DNA of 64,000 bases from Lingula anatina (lineage: Eukaryota; Animalia; Brachiopoda), in the NCBI GenBank assembly GCA_051362555.1, contig CM120647.1, positions 14,422,651 to 14,486,650 of the forward strand. The letters run 5' to 3'. The translations under genes and the position numbers were made by a program. Under the pieces are notes generated by a model. It was not told the origin of the DNA and did no database searches. It saw nothing but the letters and a program-made list of their open reading frames with translations. Below are positions 24,910-38,381 of this stretch, one piece after another; the stretch's first letter is position 1; the number at the start of each line of letters is the position of its first letter.

Positions 24910-27657
24910 TTCTGAAAATTATACGAAAATTGTTAAATGGAAGTCAGTTATACTGACAGTGGGATGCATCTATTACTAAAATGCACACTATTAAGAAACA
25001 CTGCTCAATGTGTGAGCCATTAAAAGACACCTGTTTCTGATATGATCATTTTGTATTTGTTTTGATATTACATTTTCACTGCAGATTATATTCTCTGCAA
25101 GGCTTTTCTTTATGATAAAATGGTGGCCCCCTTTTCTAGTTGGTATTTTATCTTCGATGTCACCATTACCAAAATGACAAATCATTAAAGCTAGCATTTG
25201 TTAATTTTAAATGTAACTGTCACCGAAAAAATTTTTTTTTCTGTAATACGTTGACAGATGCATGCAACATTATCTTGTTTATCTGAGGAAACATTTATAG
25301 ATGAGCCTCTAACACAAGGATGATGTGTAGCAGTTTCTGGATGAGAATACTAACTTACACCAGAGGAATTTTAAAAATCCAAAATGATAAACGCAACAAG
25401 ATACCATATGGTTGTGTCACAGTTGCTGGTGTTTTCAAGCTGTGTGAAAACGGTAGGAAAATTATTTTGCAATATATTTTAAGGTTAAAACTTTTTGATT
25501 AATATTTATCAATAAGACTTTTTAAGAGAAAATTTTAAAAATATTTAAAGAATGGCTAAAGTAACACTTTTATCATTTTTAAAATAATCTATCTGGTTAC
25601 AGGTTTTATGTGTAACCAAATCTGGTAAAAGCACTGAGACGTTTTGTAGCACCGTTTTTAGAAACAAACATTTACCATAATTCTTGTATATCATTATTCC
25701 CATACGTCACCAAATGGGGGAGTCAAATCAACTTCTTCGCGTAATATCTATTTGAGAGTTACCGTCGTCATTATAACTTCTAATGGATGTCATTGGGCTA
25801 TATAAGGAAGTGAATCAAAAATCAATGAAGCGAAACCCCCGTTTGTTTAAGTGAATCGTGCGGAGTAGATAAGTCATACGTTTGTCACTTAATTGAGGAA
25901 ATTGTCTCCTTAAAGAAGATGTACACGCGAGAAGAGCTTAATTCGATGTTATCACGAGACAACAGTGTGGTTCCCCCATGTTTACTTATAACTTGACTAA
26001 TAAAGGGGAAATCCATATTTTTAATTTGCTTTGAGTTACATTTCGTATGTTCTTCATAAAATTGAGCAATTAAGGAATTTTTCAATTTTTTATTTAACAA
26101 TCCATTTTTGCATTATCTTTGCAGCTATGACAGTACAAATGAATTGAAGGGTGCTTTAAAAGCGTACGTCAGGGAGACCCTTTTTGAGTGTTTTTCTGTA
26201 GATAAAAAGATATTTAAGGCTCGACCTCCCCCCCCCCCAAACCCCCGTCCCCCAACCAACCCACCAATCTTATCTCCATACACCCACTAGCCCACCCTAC
26301 CCACACCCACGCCATCAAGCTTTAAAACTTGCGTCTGGCATACCCTTCAGCGCCAGAGACAGGACTTTTACACTAGATATTCAAGATATGTCCCCGTCTT
26401 ATTCTGTGTACATTTTTATGCTGCAACTAAAGATATTTTTGCCCCAAAAATGACGCCCCCTCTCAGTAGGGCTGTGGTAAATAGCATGATCTATGAGGAG
26501 TGTGGGAGGATAGTTATACCAGCGCTTTGGGTTGTGATAGGATATTGTTAACATACAATGTTAAATGTTTTATTATTATTATTATTATTATGATGATGAT
26601 GAATTAAATGGTTTTTATTTTTGTACGTTGTTTTTTTTAATTTTTTATTTATTTATTTTTGCATTTTTCTGCCTTGGAATGATTCAATTTAATGGCAATT
26701 GTTAATATGTTAATATCTAAATAATTAAAACCAAAGTTTAGAAGGTAAGGGATTCACACAAAAAAATGCAGTGGAAAATCTTCCGTTATTTCTGCATAAA
26801 TGATATAGGAATTGTCGAAATTGTCAAAATTAATCAAACAATGCTGGAATTAATATAATATTTCATTTCACTCTCACAGTCTCACTTTCAAGGCTGCCAG
26901 TACTTCCCCTCTTTGTTCAATATGGTCTGAGATGATAAGAAAATAAAAAAAAAACTCAAAGTGTGACTCATTGCATATGCTGATATTAGTACGGATACAG
27001 AGTAAAAATATCATATAAAAGTTATATCAAAGGTTCCTTATACATCGGGTTCGTTTTATCGATCGCAGTTTGAGAGTTTAATATTTTTCTTTATTCATTT
27101 TTTTTTTTTTTTTTTTTTTTGTATTTCATAGTTGATCATCGTGCGGGATGATCTTTTTAACTTAAAACTATAAATGAAATATAGAAAGTATAGGGTCATT
27201 CTGGTTACTTTTGGAAAAATTACTTTAGCACATCTTTTTCGTGCATATTGTTTTCTCATTTGACGAGAGAACGTTTTCTAGGAAATGTTTTCTAGTCTCT
27301 TTTTAGCAGAGCAAAAAAAGGAAAGATTCTCAAACATGATATAATAGGCTCGACTTTCTCAGAAATCAACTAACCCTGCCATCATGATATTATCACCATA
27401 TTCCTTTTATATCTTTTTCAAATTTTGACTCACTATATTTATATTTTCTAACCATAATAAAAGCGGACTTAGAACTGTAATTTCAACTTCGAGGTTTAAG
27501 CCTACTAATTTAGCTTTTGCAAGCAAGGACGCATGATCTTTGCTCAAACACTTCACTAAACAAAAAGAAATCTATATATCTCTTCTCGTTAATGTACACT
27601 CATTTTCTTAATTAAGACAAAATCAACGATAACTATTCAAAAATATTCCAAACTTAC

Positions 27658-27911
27658 CTCTAGTTCTCTAAACCCCGTCTTTTAACAGAAACAGGATGTG
27701 CTTTCTCTTCGAAGAAACTCACTCCGTCGAATAAATCTAACCTTTAAGGGTAAACACCTGCGTTGGACTTATTATACTACAAATAAACAAGGGTGTATCA
27801 AGATCGACCAGCTCAGAAGTCAGAAATGACGCACGCTGTTTTGTCACCGTTAAATTATTACACCCCTCAGCGACCCTGTGTGTCTCCCCTGTTATCAGCT
27901 CACTTATATAC
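27658..27911 (-). promoter_or_regulatory. Probable TATA promoter and non-coding first exon of the protease gene
   Basis: Minus-strand TATATAAG at about 27910-27903 and a strong donor GAG|GTAAGT at 27658/27657. The ATG exon is preceded by the acceptor ttttcag|AA-ATG at 24911, so an upstream UTR exon is expected. Confidence 0.55.
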
Positions 27912-30900
27912 TAGACCAGCCGCTCATCCCTACATCTCGTGTCGTGTGATATTATCGTCTGCTCATTTTGTCAGAAGACGCGGGGAAGGAGGGCCATGTT
28001 GTGACGCATAACAATTAGTCCCTCGCGACCTTTGCAAAGGGTGCAACACCTCGTCCCTCTCTGGCGACTTTGTCACGAAACAAGGCTTAATGGCTTGCTA
28101 CTTGCCTCATTTGTGGGCTGAAGAAGGTTAAATTTAGCTGTGGCCATAAGGTAGACATATTGGTCTCTTTCATACCTTTAACCTGCCCCCCTTAGGCAGA
28201 CGCGTATTGGTTTTCCTTTTAACAAACAGCAAGACAGCGTTCAGACCAAACTGATCTTAAACCGGAAAACAACCTGAAACGCGTCACAGGACAGCAAATT
28301 AACGAGGGGGCCAACTGCGGTTGAAATTGAAATCTATCCTTTTCTTTTTGGCAATCGGAACGAAGCCTGTTTAACAACTAAATAAGTGACGAAAAAATTA
28401 AGAACTGAAACAGCTCCACCCTCCCTTTAAGGACCATTCATTTGACTCATTTTAATCAAGAAAAAGTTTTCTTTTATTTTATATTACTCCGTTTAAATTT
28501 TTTTTTATTTTGAACACAACCTGCTTCTCAATCAAATCATTCATGCACCTTCATAGAGATGAAAATATATCTCGGCTATATATTATAATGTATTCCCCAC
28601 GTGTTCAGAAATATAACTCCTTTTACTTCCCTATGGCCCCGATATCTATCTTGTGTGGGACAACCTCCGAGATTTTAATGTCTTATATTTATCGATTGAC
28701 CTCTGCGTCATTATCATTATTATTATTATCACTGGAAGAGTCACTGGAAGAGACTTGATTATATTTCTACCTCACACGGAGTTTTTTATGCTGTTGTGAG
28801 ATGGGTTTGCTATGTTAATTGACATCCAGGGGCCGACGGAAATGACTGGAGTCGATGTCGTTTCCTCATGTCTTCTTTCTTTCTTTTTCTTTCTTTTTTT
28901 TCTATTTTTCTTTCTTTCTTTCTTTTCTGTATTTTTCTAATCAATTCTTTTTCTTCCCTTTGAAACTTCTTTAAAATTCCTCTTCCTTTCCTTGCACTGT
29001 CACTCCTTTCTTCATCAAAAAATAATTGTCGAATTTCTACACATATATCTACCTTTTCTCAGCTTTGTCGTTACGTATTCATTTAAAACTACAGCCTAGC
29101 CTACATAGATTTTCTTTTGGTATGTTTAAGATATAGCACTTAGGTTACTCAGGTTCTAGATCCATTTAATTCTAAATCTCACTCTCTACTTCACAGACTT
29201 CGATATTATTATGATTTTCATCTCACGGCGGTCACTGTAAACGACCTATGATACATCTCAATTTTATAATCAAAATTAACATCCGGTCACGTTTTGAGCA
29301 GATACATTAAATGAAATTCAAATCGTAGTATTTGAAGGCCTATTTGCGGGTTTGTTTTGCATATTTTTTTTGTTTATTTTATGCACCCTTTAATATCAAC
29401 GTTTTTATCCTTTTATGTTCAAATTATTTAATGATCAAAGAAACAACGCCCTCCAAGATAAGATAGTGCGACCACACCTCTGATTTTAATAGCAAAATAT
29501 TTGTTATATACCAATGAACACAGTTAATAATAGCCAATGAAATACGATTGCGGTTCTCAAACTTAAATAAACACGATGGTCGTGGGCATGGACATGGGCC
29601 TTGAAGCGGAAATGTAAGAGATGACCGATTTGATTTAACGTTATAGTAACATGCACTTTTGAGTGATATACCGTGATAATGAAATAGCTCGGACGTGATG
29701 TGTGAACTTCACAAAGTTTGGGCTTCAGTGCAGAAAAGTATTCTTCTTCTTATCATTATTATTATACAATAACTAACTTGGTTGAGGTCACATAACGGCG
29801 ATATTAGACCCAGTGCTGGGAATTATACCTTCTCCTTTTCTCTTTCTTAAATGTCATTCTAGTATTTCTTCTTTTCTTCTCTTTTACGTATTTTCTTATT
29901 CATTTTGTGAAATACTGGCAGCGCACGGTCTTCCTACAGCAGAGGTCGAAAATACGAAAACTGCCCTCTGGATTGACAGCTTTCTTCCGAGGGAGGCACT
30001 CTAGGCCGTCAAATTCAGATATTTTTAAAAATCCTGCTCTGGAAGAACACTCCCCACCGTCCAACAGCTCTTGTCAACCCACCCTTGAGCACAAGAACCC
30101 GACCCTGACCCATTGCTTACTGAACTACACTGTTGCCTCCGTTTCTTTACACCAGTAAAATGTCAGAATTTTCTGCATATGGTTTGTTAATGGTTAATGA
30201 AGCAAAAAGTTGTTAATCGAAACTTCCACTTTTATTGACTAGAATTGTCTATACATATCGGTGTTAATAATCTGACAATCCCAATTCACCGAAATACATG
30301 AAAAAGTATACATGAGATCAGTTTTCTATTATCTTAAATAAACTGATAAAGTATTCTATAGTTTGAAAATGCCCTTAAATCATTAAAATGTCAAAAAATC
30401 CCGCAAAGCTACTGCCAGTGTATACAAATAATATATATATATACATTATATACTATAATACTATATCACATTCTATAGGCTAATTGACAGGGCAATTTTA
30501 AGGTGTGACGGCCAAAATCCTTGAAAAGAATCAACAAGTACAAAACAGTCTCACAAAACTTCAGGAGAAGTTTACGGTGACTGAATGAGGTATTTTTGTA
30601 GCACCATTTTTCAATTGTTCTGGTGCTTTAAAATTTGATTGCCAAAATAAATATAATAATAATAATAATATTAATAATAAAAATAATAAAGAAAAAAGAA
30701 ATATCAAATCATTAAATTCTTGCAGAAGTGGTTCATGCAACTTAACACTTTAAATATCTGACATATTATATTTACAAATTTCACAATAAATCTCTGATGA
30801 TACTAATACAGTTACCCTGATTTATATTGTGCAAAAAAGGTCTTAGACTGATGGTCTGGTCTCTTTAATATCTTTCAACACATTACCCATCACCTTTCTC

Positions 30901-31378
30901 GATGTAATATCTACTCTTGTCCTGACACAATGCTTGATGATGATCAGAAATAAAAACCATATTTTTTTACATTGGACATAATATTTTCTGTTATAAAATA
31001 GAAAAATAGAAAATAGTGATGACAACTTTATTGTAAAGTATACTTCCTTGGAAGTCTCACTTGTCACATAATCAAAAATATCAGTCTATCAACTTTTATT
31101 GCGACTCAAAATTTCCCTTTTAAAGTTATGAAATGCATGAAATGTAACTGAGCAATCACTTGTTAATAGTAGATCATTTTATCAATAATATTTAGTCACT
31201 TAACACCATTCTAATCTAACAAAAATAAAATTTAAGAAACACAAAATGCTTTTTGCAGAAAAAAATAAATACCTACACGCCCAAACCCATAACAAATCCT
31301 AAATTTTCAAAATAAGAAAGTAAAGAATGTAAATGATGCAGAGTTCACCACAGAATTGCTTGAAGTGATGAAGCAATT

Positions 31379-34300
31379 TTAAACTTTATCCTCCATGACA
31401 GGATTGTTGTAGGCAAAGTCCTTCTTGGTGTATTTCGGCTCCACTGGAAGACTCTTCTCTGTGTCCTCGCCTGCCTTGGGGGCACTGGAGAAGCTAAAAC
31501 AAAGATCGGTTAAGTGTAAAAAGAAAACTGAATGGAATGGAATATGCTAAAATAAAGAATGGCACTGGTATGGTAAAAATACTTCTTGAGGAATTATTCC
31601 TCACATAAGAAGAGTTTTACACCAGGGTTGTCAACTAAAGTCTGAGGGAAAGGGGGTGGAGGATGGTGGTTGCTGAGTCTGGGACAGATATCTACTGGAG
31701 GATATTTACTGATGAATTTCCAGCCTTAATCATTTATTTACTTTTTCATTTAAACATATGGAACAATTGTAGTAAACAAACAAATATACATATAAATAAA
31801 TAAATAAATGAATAAATGAATTGATTAAATAAAGAAGTCACCACTATTGTAATACTTACAAAGGCACTTTCTCAGCATCATCAATAGTTTCTGGCAATTC
31901 TCTCCCTGCAGTTTCAGGCAGTAGGATAGACAGCAAGGCTACAAATACCGTGGCTGCACCAAACACTATCAGAGCAGCACTTCTGCCTATAGCACCTGGG
32001 AAGGTCACCATGTTCTGTTGAAAAATGGTATCAATTATTACCTTCTTTTTTTTTGCTTGATGAACACAAAAACATTAAATGAGGGTGTGAGAGCATGCAT
32101 AAGTGTAATGGATAAAAGAGTGGATGAATGAAATTTTGAGTAAGTGGGTAAGTGATTGAGTATGCAAATGGGTAAGTCAGTGGATGTGTTAGTGGATATC
32201 AAAGAGGAAGAGTGAATGAATCAGTGCAATAGTTCAAAACAATTCAATGGTAACATTCAAAAGACACATCTAACACAATTCAAAAGCCACACTCAACACA
32301 ATTCAAAAGTCACATCCAACACAATTCAAAAGTCACACCTAACACAATCACTTACAGCAATGACAGGTGCCAGCATGCCCCCAACCCTGGCAAATGTGGA
32401 GCTGAAGCCCATCAGACTGTTCCTCAACACAGTGGGATAGAGTTCTGCAGACCACACATAGATGATGGCAAACCCCATAGTGGCCCCCAGCTTCCCTACG
32501 ATACTGAGAGCTATGTAGAACCACCTGGTGTTAGGATCACCTGAAAAAACACAATGTTGTCACAACTGTTATCACACCTAACACATTTATGTAGTACTAC
32601 TTGGTGTTAGGATGGTGTGAAGGCACACTATTGTGATAGATGTTTTCACATCTTACGCATTATGTAGTACCACTTGGTGTTAGGATAATATGAAAACACA
32701 ATACTTTCACAACCATTATCACACCTAACACATTTAAGTAGTAGCACCAAATTTTAAAGCAAATCCAGAACCTTCTGAAATTCATCTCAACAAATTAATA
32801 ACCGAGTTGACTTCCCAATAACTTCTGAACTGCAGCGTGCCACGGTCACACACTTACCAGGATCAGCGTAAAGAGCCACGAAAATGGTGCAAAGACACGC
32901 ACTACCACCCAAGAGCATGCCAAACACATGAGGTCCCTTGCGGCCCACTTTGTCTATACAAAAACAGAAGCAGTAGGCAGGAAACTCCACCAGCCCTGAG
33001 AGGAAAAAATTGAGGAAGATATCTCCTCCAAGATTACCACTGTTCAAACTGAGGCCATAGTAGACCATGCTGACCACACACCTGAAAATGAGACCAAAAT
33101 GCAGAGAAGTTAGATCTGAGGCAGAGACGAGCATCATCAAGATAAGCACTGTTAAAGATTTGAAAGACTTTGGTATGATTTCTCTCTCAATGATATCAGG
33201 GAAGTTTTCTTTAAATTTACTATATGATCACACCTGTATCAGTTGCAAATCTCTCAAAATTTAATTGTGTCTTTGGAAACAAATCAAGGAAGGTGATAAG
33301 CGTCCTGACAGGTGGGTGGGTGGGTGGATGATGGGTGGTTGGTGGGTAGGAAAGGTGGGTGAGTGGGGTAAGAAGGTGGAGATTGGGTGATGGTGTTGGT
33401 GGTGTTGGACAGAGTGGGTTAGAGGGCAGGTTAGTGGGTGATGGAGATGGTGGGTGGATGGTGGTGGTGGACAGATTGGGTGAATGAGTGGGTAAGAGGG
33501 TGGGTGATAAAGATGGTGGTGGTGGACAGATTGGGTGAATGAGTGGGTAAGAGGGTGGGTGATAGAGATGGTGGTGGTGGACAGATTGGGTGAATGAGTG
33601 GGTAAGAGGGTGGGTGATAGAGATGGTGGTGGTGGACAGATTGGGTGAGTGAGTGGGTAAGAGGGCGGGTGAGTGGGTGATGGAGATGGTGGGTGTGTGG
33701 GTGATAGATGGAGAATGGGCTGGTGGGTGAATTGGAGGGCAGGTGTTGGAGACAGTGGGTGGCTGAATGAGTATCACTCACAAGTTCATTACACTGTAAA
33801 GTGTGTCTCCTTACCAGTTCAGGAAGATGATGAGCGTTCTGACCAGGGTCCTTGGCGACCTGAAGATCTGCAGAATGCTCCCATGATGCTCCTCCTCGTC
33901 CTCGGCCACCTGCTCAAACAGTTTCTCTGGGAGGACCTTGCCATTCACCTTGGCTGCCTGGCGTAATATTTCCTCTGCCTTATCTTCCTTCCCATTGGCC
34001 AGCAACCATCGTGCTGATTCAGGGACAAACCTGAAAAGTGAAGTCACAGGTGGTAATCTACACAGCTTTTTGTGACCTCATACCTTAACGTCACAAGTTT
34101 TCATATTAATAGCTACTAATGACCTTACAGTCACAAGTTGTTATATAAATTGCCTTGTGTGACCTCATTTTCAAGGTTACCCCCTTATATACATTACAAT
34201 CAGAAATTTTTTTTCATCAAGTTGGGTATGTAAAAGTACATGGAGATTAATTTAACATTTCCACATAATCAATAAAATCTTTACCAAATATCATTCTACT

Positions 34301-36335
34301 TACAACAATAGTTATCATTACAATGATTAAAATAACAGAAAACAATAATTTTCCCCTTACTTACCACCAGTAAAGAATATAGGCAAAACTTGGAACAGAA
34401 ACTGCCAATTCTATATGCCTCCAGTCACGCAAGAAGTACCCAACCATGGTAAGTATGATCAGACCTCCCGCAAAGAAGTATTCTATTGATATGCCTGCTA
34501 TCATACGCTTGGAAGGACCAACCAACTCCATGCCTAAAGATAAGATCAACACCTAGCCTGAAGATTTTTAATAAGGGCAACTGTCTTATTTTTTCTTTGT
34601 TCACAGCAGGTTTGACCTTACCAGATTTCTTAAATTACATACAAAGGATAATCAAATCAAATATGACAGTGCACTTATAGTAAGTGTGTTAGTTGTGACA
34701 GTTAATTAGGTGTGACAGTGTCTTGGCTGTGACTGTGTTAGATATGCCAATGTGTTAGATGTGCCAAAGTGCTAGATGTGACAGTGTGTTAGGTGAGACA
34801 GTGTGTTAGATGTGACAGTGTATTAGGTGTGACAAGGTGTTAGGTGAGACAGTGTGTTAGATGTGACAGTGTATTAGGTGTGACAAGGTGTTAGGTGAGA
34901 CAGTGTGTTAGATGTGACAGTGTATTAGGTGTGACAAGGTGTTAGGTGAGACAGTGTGTTAGATGTGACAGTGTATTAGGTGTGACAAGGTGTTAGGTGA
35001 GATAGTGTGTTAGATGTGACAGTGTGTTAGGTATGGCAGTGTATTCCCTGTATACCTTACCTAGTACAAAAGTGGTCATGAACAGCCCGGCAGTGGCTGA
35101 GCCCACAAAGAACCTGAGGACAATAAAACTGTAGTATTCTGGAGCAAAGGCTGCTGCTGTGCCACAAACACCTTGTAGCAACACAGAGATAATCAAGGTG
35201 GGCTTACGACCAATGCTGAAATGAATCGAAAAGATTGATATAATATAAAACATGCACAAAGTATTGTTTACATTGCGTTACACACACTCATTTTTTCTAT
35301 CACTTCCATATGAGTAAGACACGATCAAATAAGGTAAATGACTGCATAAAATGGTCATAGCGCAAAGAATGGTGTTCCATAAATGTATGCATTTCTTTCA
35401 TTATTACTGCAGTGGAACCATGAAATTATTAAGTCTTTTGGGTGTCTTATAGTCAATAGAAACTTATCATCAGTGAAATACGTACGCATCTGACAGAGCC
35501 CCCATGACGAAGGCCCCCACCAGCACTCCTGCCATGAAGACAATCTGGGCCGTAGCAATCTTCCACTTCTCTCCACAGTTAGCCAGGCCAAACTGAGAGA
35601 AACAACCATGCTCAAATCAGTGATTTATTTAAGAGAAGAAACTTGGTCATTTCTCTTACAAATAAAATCAAATTGAATGTAAAACTGACTGAAAATATAT
35701 AGGCTGTCTTATAAAAGTGATGCATTTACTCAGAATTCAATATCTGAAAGAACCATTCACTGAGTTTAGAAAGAGGCCCTCTAATATTGGAAATCATTGG
35801 TCAGAACATTTAGTGTATTTTAATTCCTTTCTTTCATATTTTCCATCTTAGTTCTCGTCTTTTCTATACACATTTTCTTTGCTCATTTCAAACCACCACA
35901 AGTGTTCTATGTATGAAAACCCTAATTCATGAAAACATCATTCACTGTAATCACTACAACATCTAGCAGCAATACAAAGCCTCTGCAGTCACTTACATCA
36001 GTGGCAAAGGTTGCAGTGAACACAGACTTGTCGTACACCCATTTGTCACAGCTATAGGTGGCGTTAGTGTAGGAGAAGTTGGAGTAGAGGGAACACTCAA
36101 AGTAGTCGCCCTTGGAGCCCAACGGGATGGTCTCGTTAATCAGGAGTTCATGCCAGGCTCCCTGGATTGCATACGTGTCATTGGGAAGACCTGGGATCAT
36201 GCACCTGAAATATATAATTATTATACTACTACTTATATTAATTATAACAATAATATCAATAATAATAATAATAATAATTCATTCAACAATCACAATCCAT
36301 AAATTAAGTTTGGCCCCTTATATACAATTATTGGA

Positions 36336-36397
<62 letters not shown>

Positions 36398-38334
36398 TAT
36401 TAATTTATCAATCACAATCCAAAGGTTAATTTTTTTATATAATAGTGACTCCTTACACAATGCTATCTGTCACAACTAACACAATACAACTTGGACCACA
36501 TTTTAAATAGAAATGTATTTAAGCACATCTAACACAATGGTCATGGTTCCTCTCCACAACTGTCACAATGCTGCTGTGTCATACCCAATACAATGTTGCT
36601 TTAAGTCATGAAACAAAATGCAATGCAATCTCAGAAAAATTTATGGAACTTTTCCAGCACCCTCCAACACCCCCTCCCCCCCACCCCACCCCCCTTTTAT
36701 ACCCTAGCTGAGCTCTGCTCCAAATGTCACACAATTCTAAATATTTACCTCAAGATAAGGAGCGCATATATATTACCTGGTCCATTGTTTGTTTTTTACA
36801 GTGGTCATTCACCTTTGAAGGTTCATAAAGATTTAAATGTTTACTCACAGTGGACGTAGTTTACAGGTTTGATTAAATCAGAAGTGCTAGCTAAGATTAT
36901 ACGGATCAGAGAATACAGCCATTCAAATACACATTCAAAGTACTTTACACATAATCAATCATGGGTTAAGAGCTAGCAAGAGTTAATTATATATTATATA
37001 GACCAGAGACAAATGGAGTTTGTAAGCTGAACACAGCGATCCACTAAGTATTGTGTACAGTTCACAGTTGATAAGTGTTCACCAGTTGTCAAACTCAGAC
37101 CAAAACTGAACTGAAACTGAAGTAGACCACAGTCTGTTTGTGAAACAGGCTGCATGTGCCAGTTACATAATGGATGTTGAAACAATAAGTTGTTCTTGTA
37201 AGACCTTTTAAACATGAAAGTTTGTCATCAAAATTTCTGTCCAGCTTCAGTCCAAAATGAAACCATATCAGAGCACTAAAGCAAAAGAAAGGGTGTGACA
37301 GCGAGGGGGGGGCAGAGGGCAGGAATCTTTGGAACTAGTCTAAGGTGTCCTGGCTTATTCAAGTAATTAGCAAACAGCAATGCAAGGACATGGTCACTGT
37401 ATACATATATGTACACACATGCATGTAACACTGGCTGATCATGTAAAGGGGGTGAGGTAGGGAGAGGGGGGGGTGGAAGAAACGAGGACAATTTTATTGT
37501 AATAGTATACTTCAAGGATAAACAGCAGGCATGTACTAGTAGTCATGCAAACACATGCTAACAATGCAAAGATAGCATGCATTATGTATGTACACACATA
37601 CAAATACGTACCCAGTCACACATCTGTACACACAGTCCTATACATACACAAACAGACACACACCTAGAAACTCACACATACACAAACACATACAAACACA
37701 CTGTCACACATCAAAACATGCATATCCAAGGCTTCAAAGGGATCATCTATTATATCATCATTTTCACATGTCAACCAAGAGTAACATTTTTCCAGATCCC
37801 CCCACCCCTCCTTCAGAGAGTACAGGGTGAAAAGCTAAAAATGGTTATCTTTGACAGCAATTTGGGCTATTATTATTTTTATTGTTTTTCAAAAGGGTAC
37901 AGAGGGCAGAAGCCCCCCCCCCCCCCCCCAACCCAACACACAGTTTGCAGACTTCTGAAAATGATGATAAAAATAGGTGACCCTTAAACTCAACATCAAA
38001 TGCAGTGGTCCATGTTTGACCAGGGTAATTTATTGTCCTCAGTAAATATATGTATAACCACAGCAAACAGAGTTGCCACGCTCCCCTGGCTTGTCTTGAT
38101 AAGCCACACCCTCTGCCTGACCCCCAAGGACAGAGGACGGGATTTGGGATGGAAATTCCCATCACACCAACAATGGCTGATAACACAGTATCCTAATTTG
38201 GGAGATGCTCTGTGACATATGAAATTTGAAATTAAGTGGGCAAAGCATTCAATTTAACCAATGGGTAAAAGTAGCAAAGTATTGCTATTAGAAAGAGATC
38301 GAATTTTTCATTGTTATTGTTTTTATTGTTGTTG

Positions 38335-38381
<47 letters not shown>

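Noticed and set aside
33220-33966. His/Pro/Thr-rich ORFs of 97-185 aa
   Set aside because: Translations of the 55-bp G-rich minisatellite inside an SLC22 intron.
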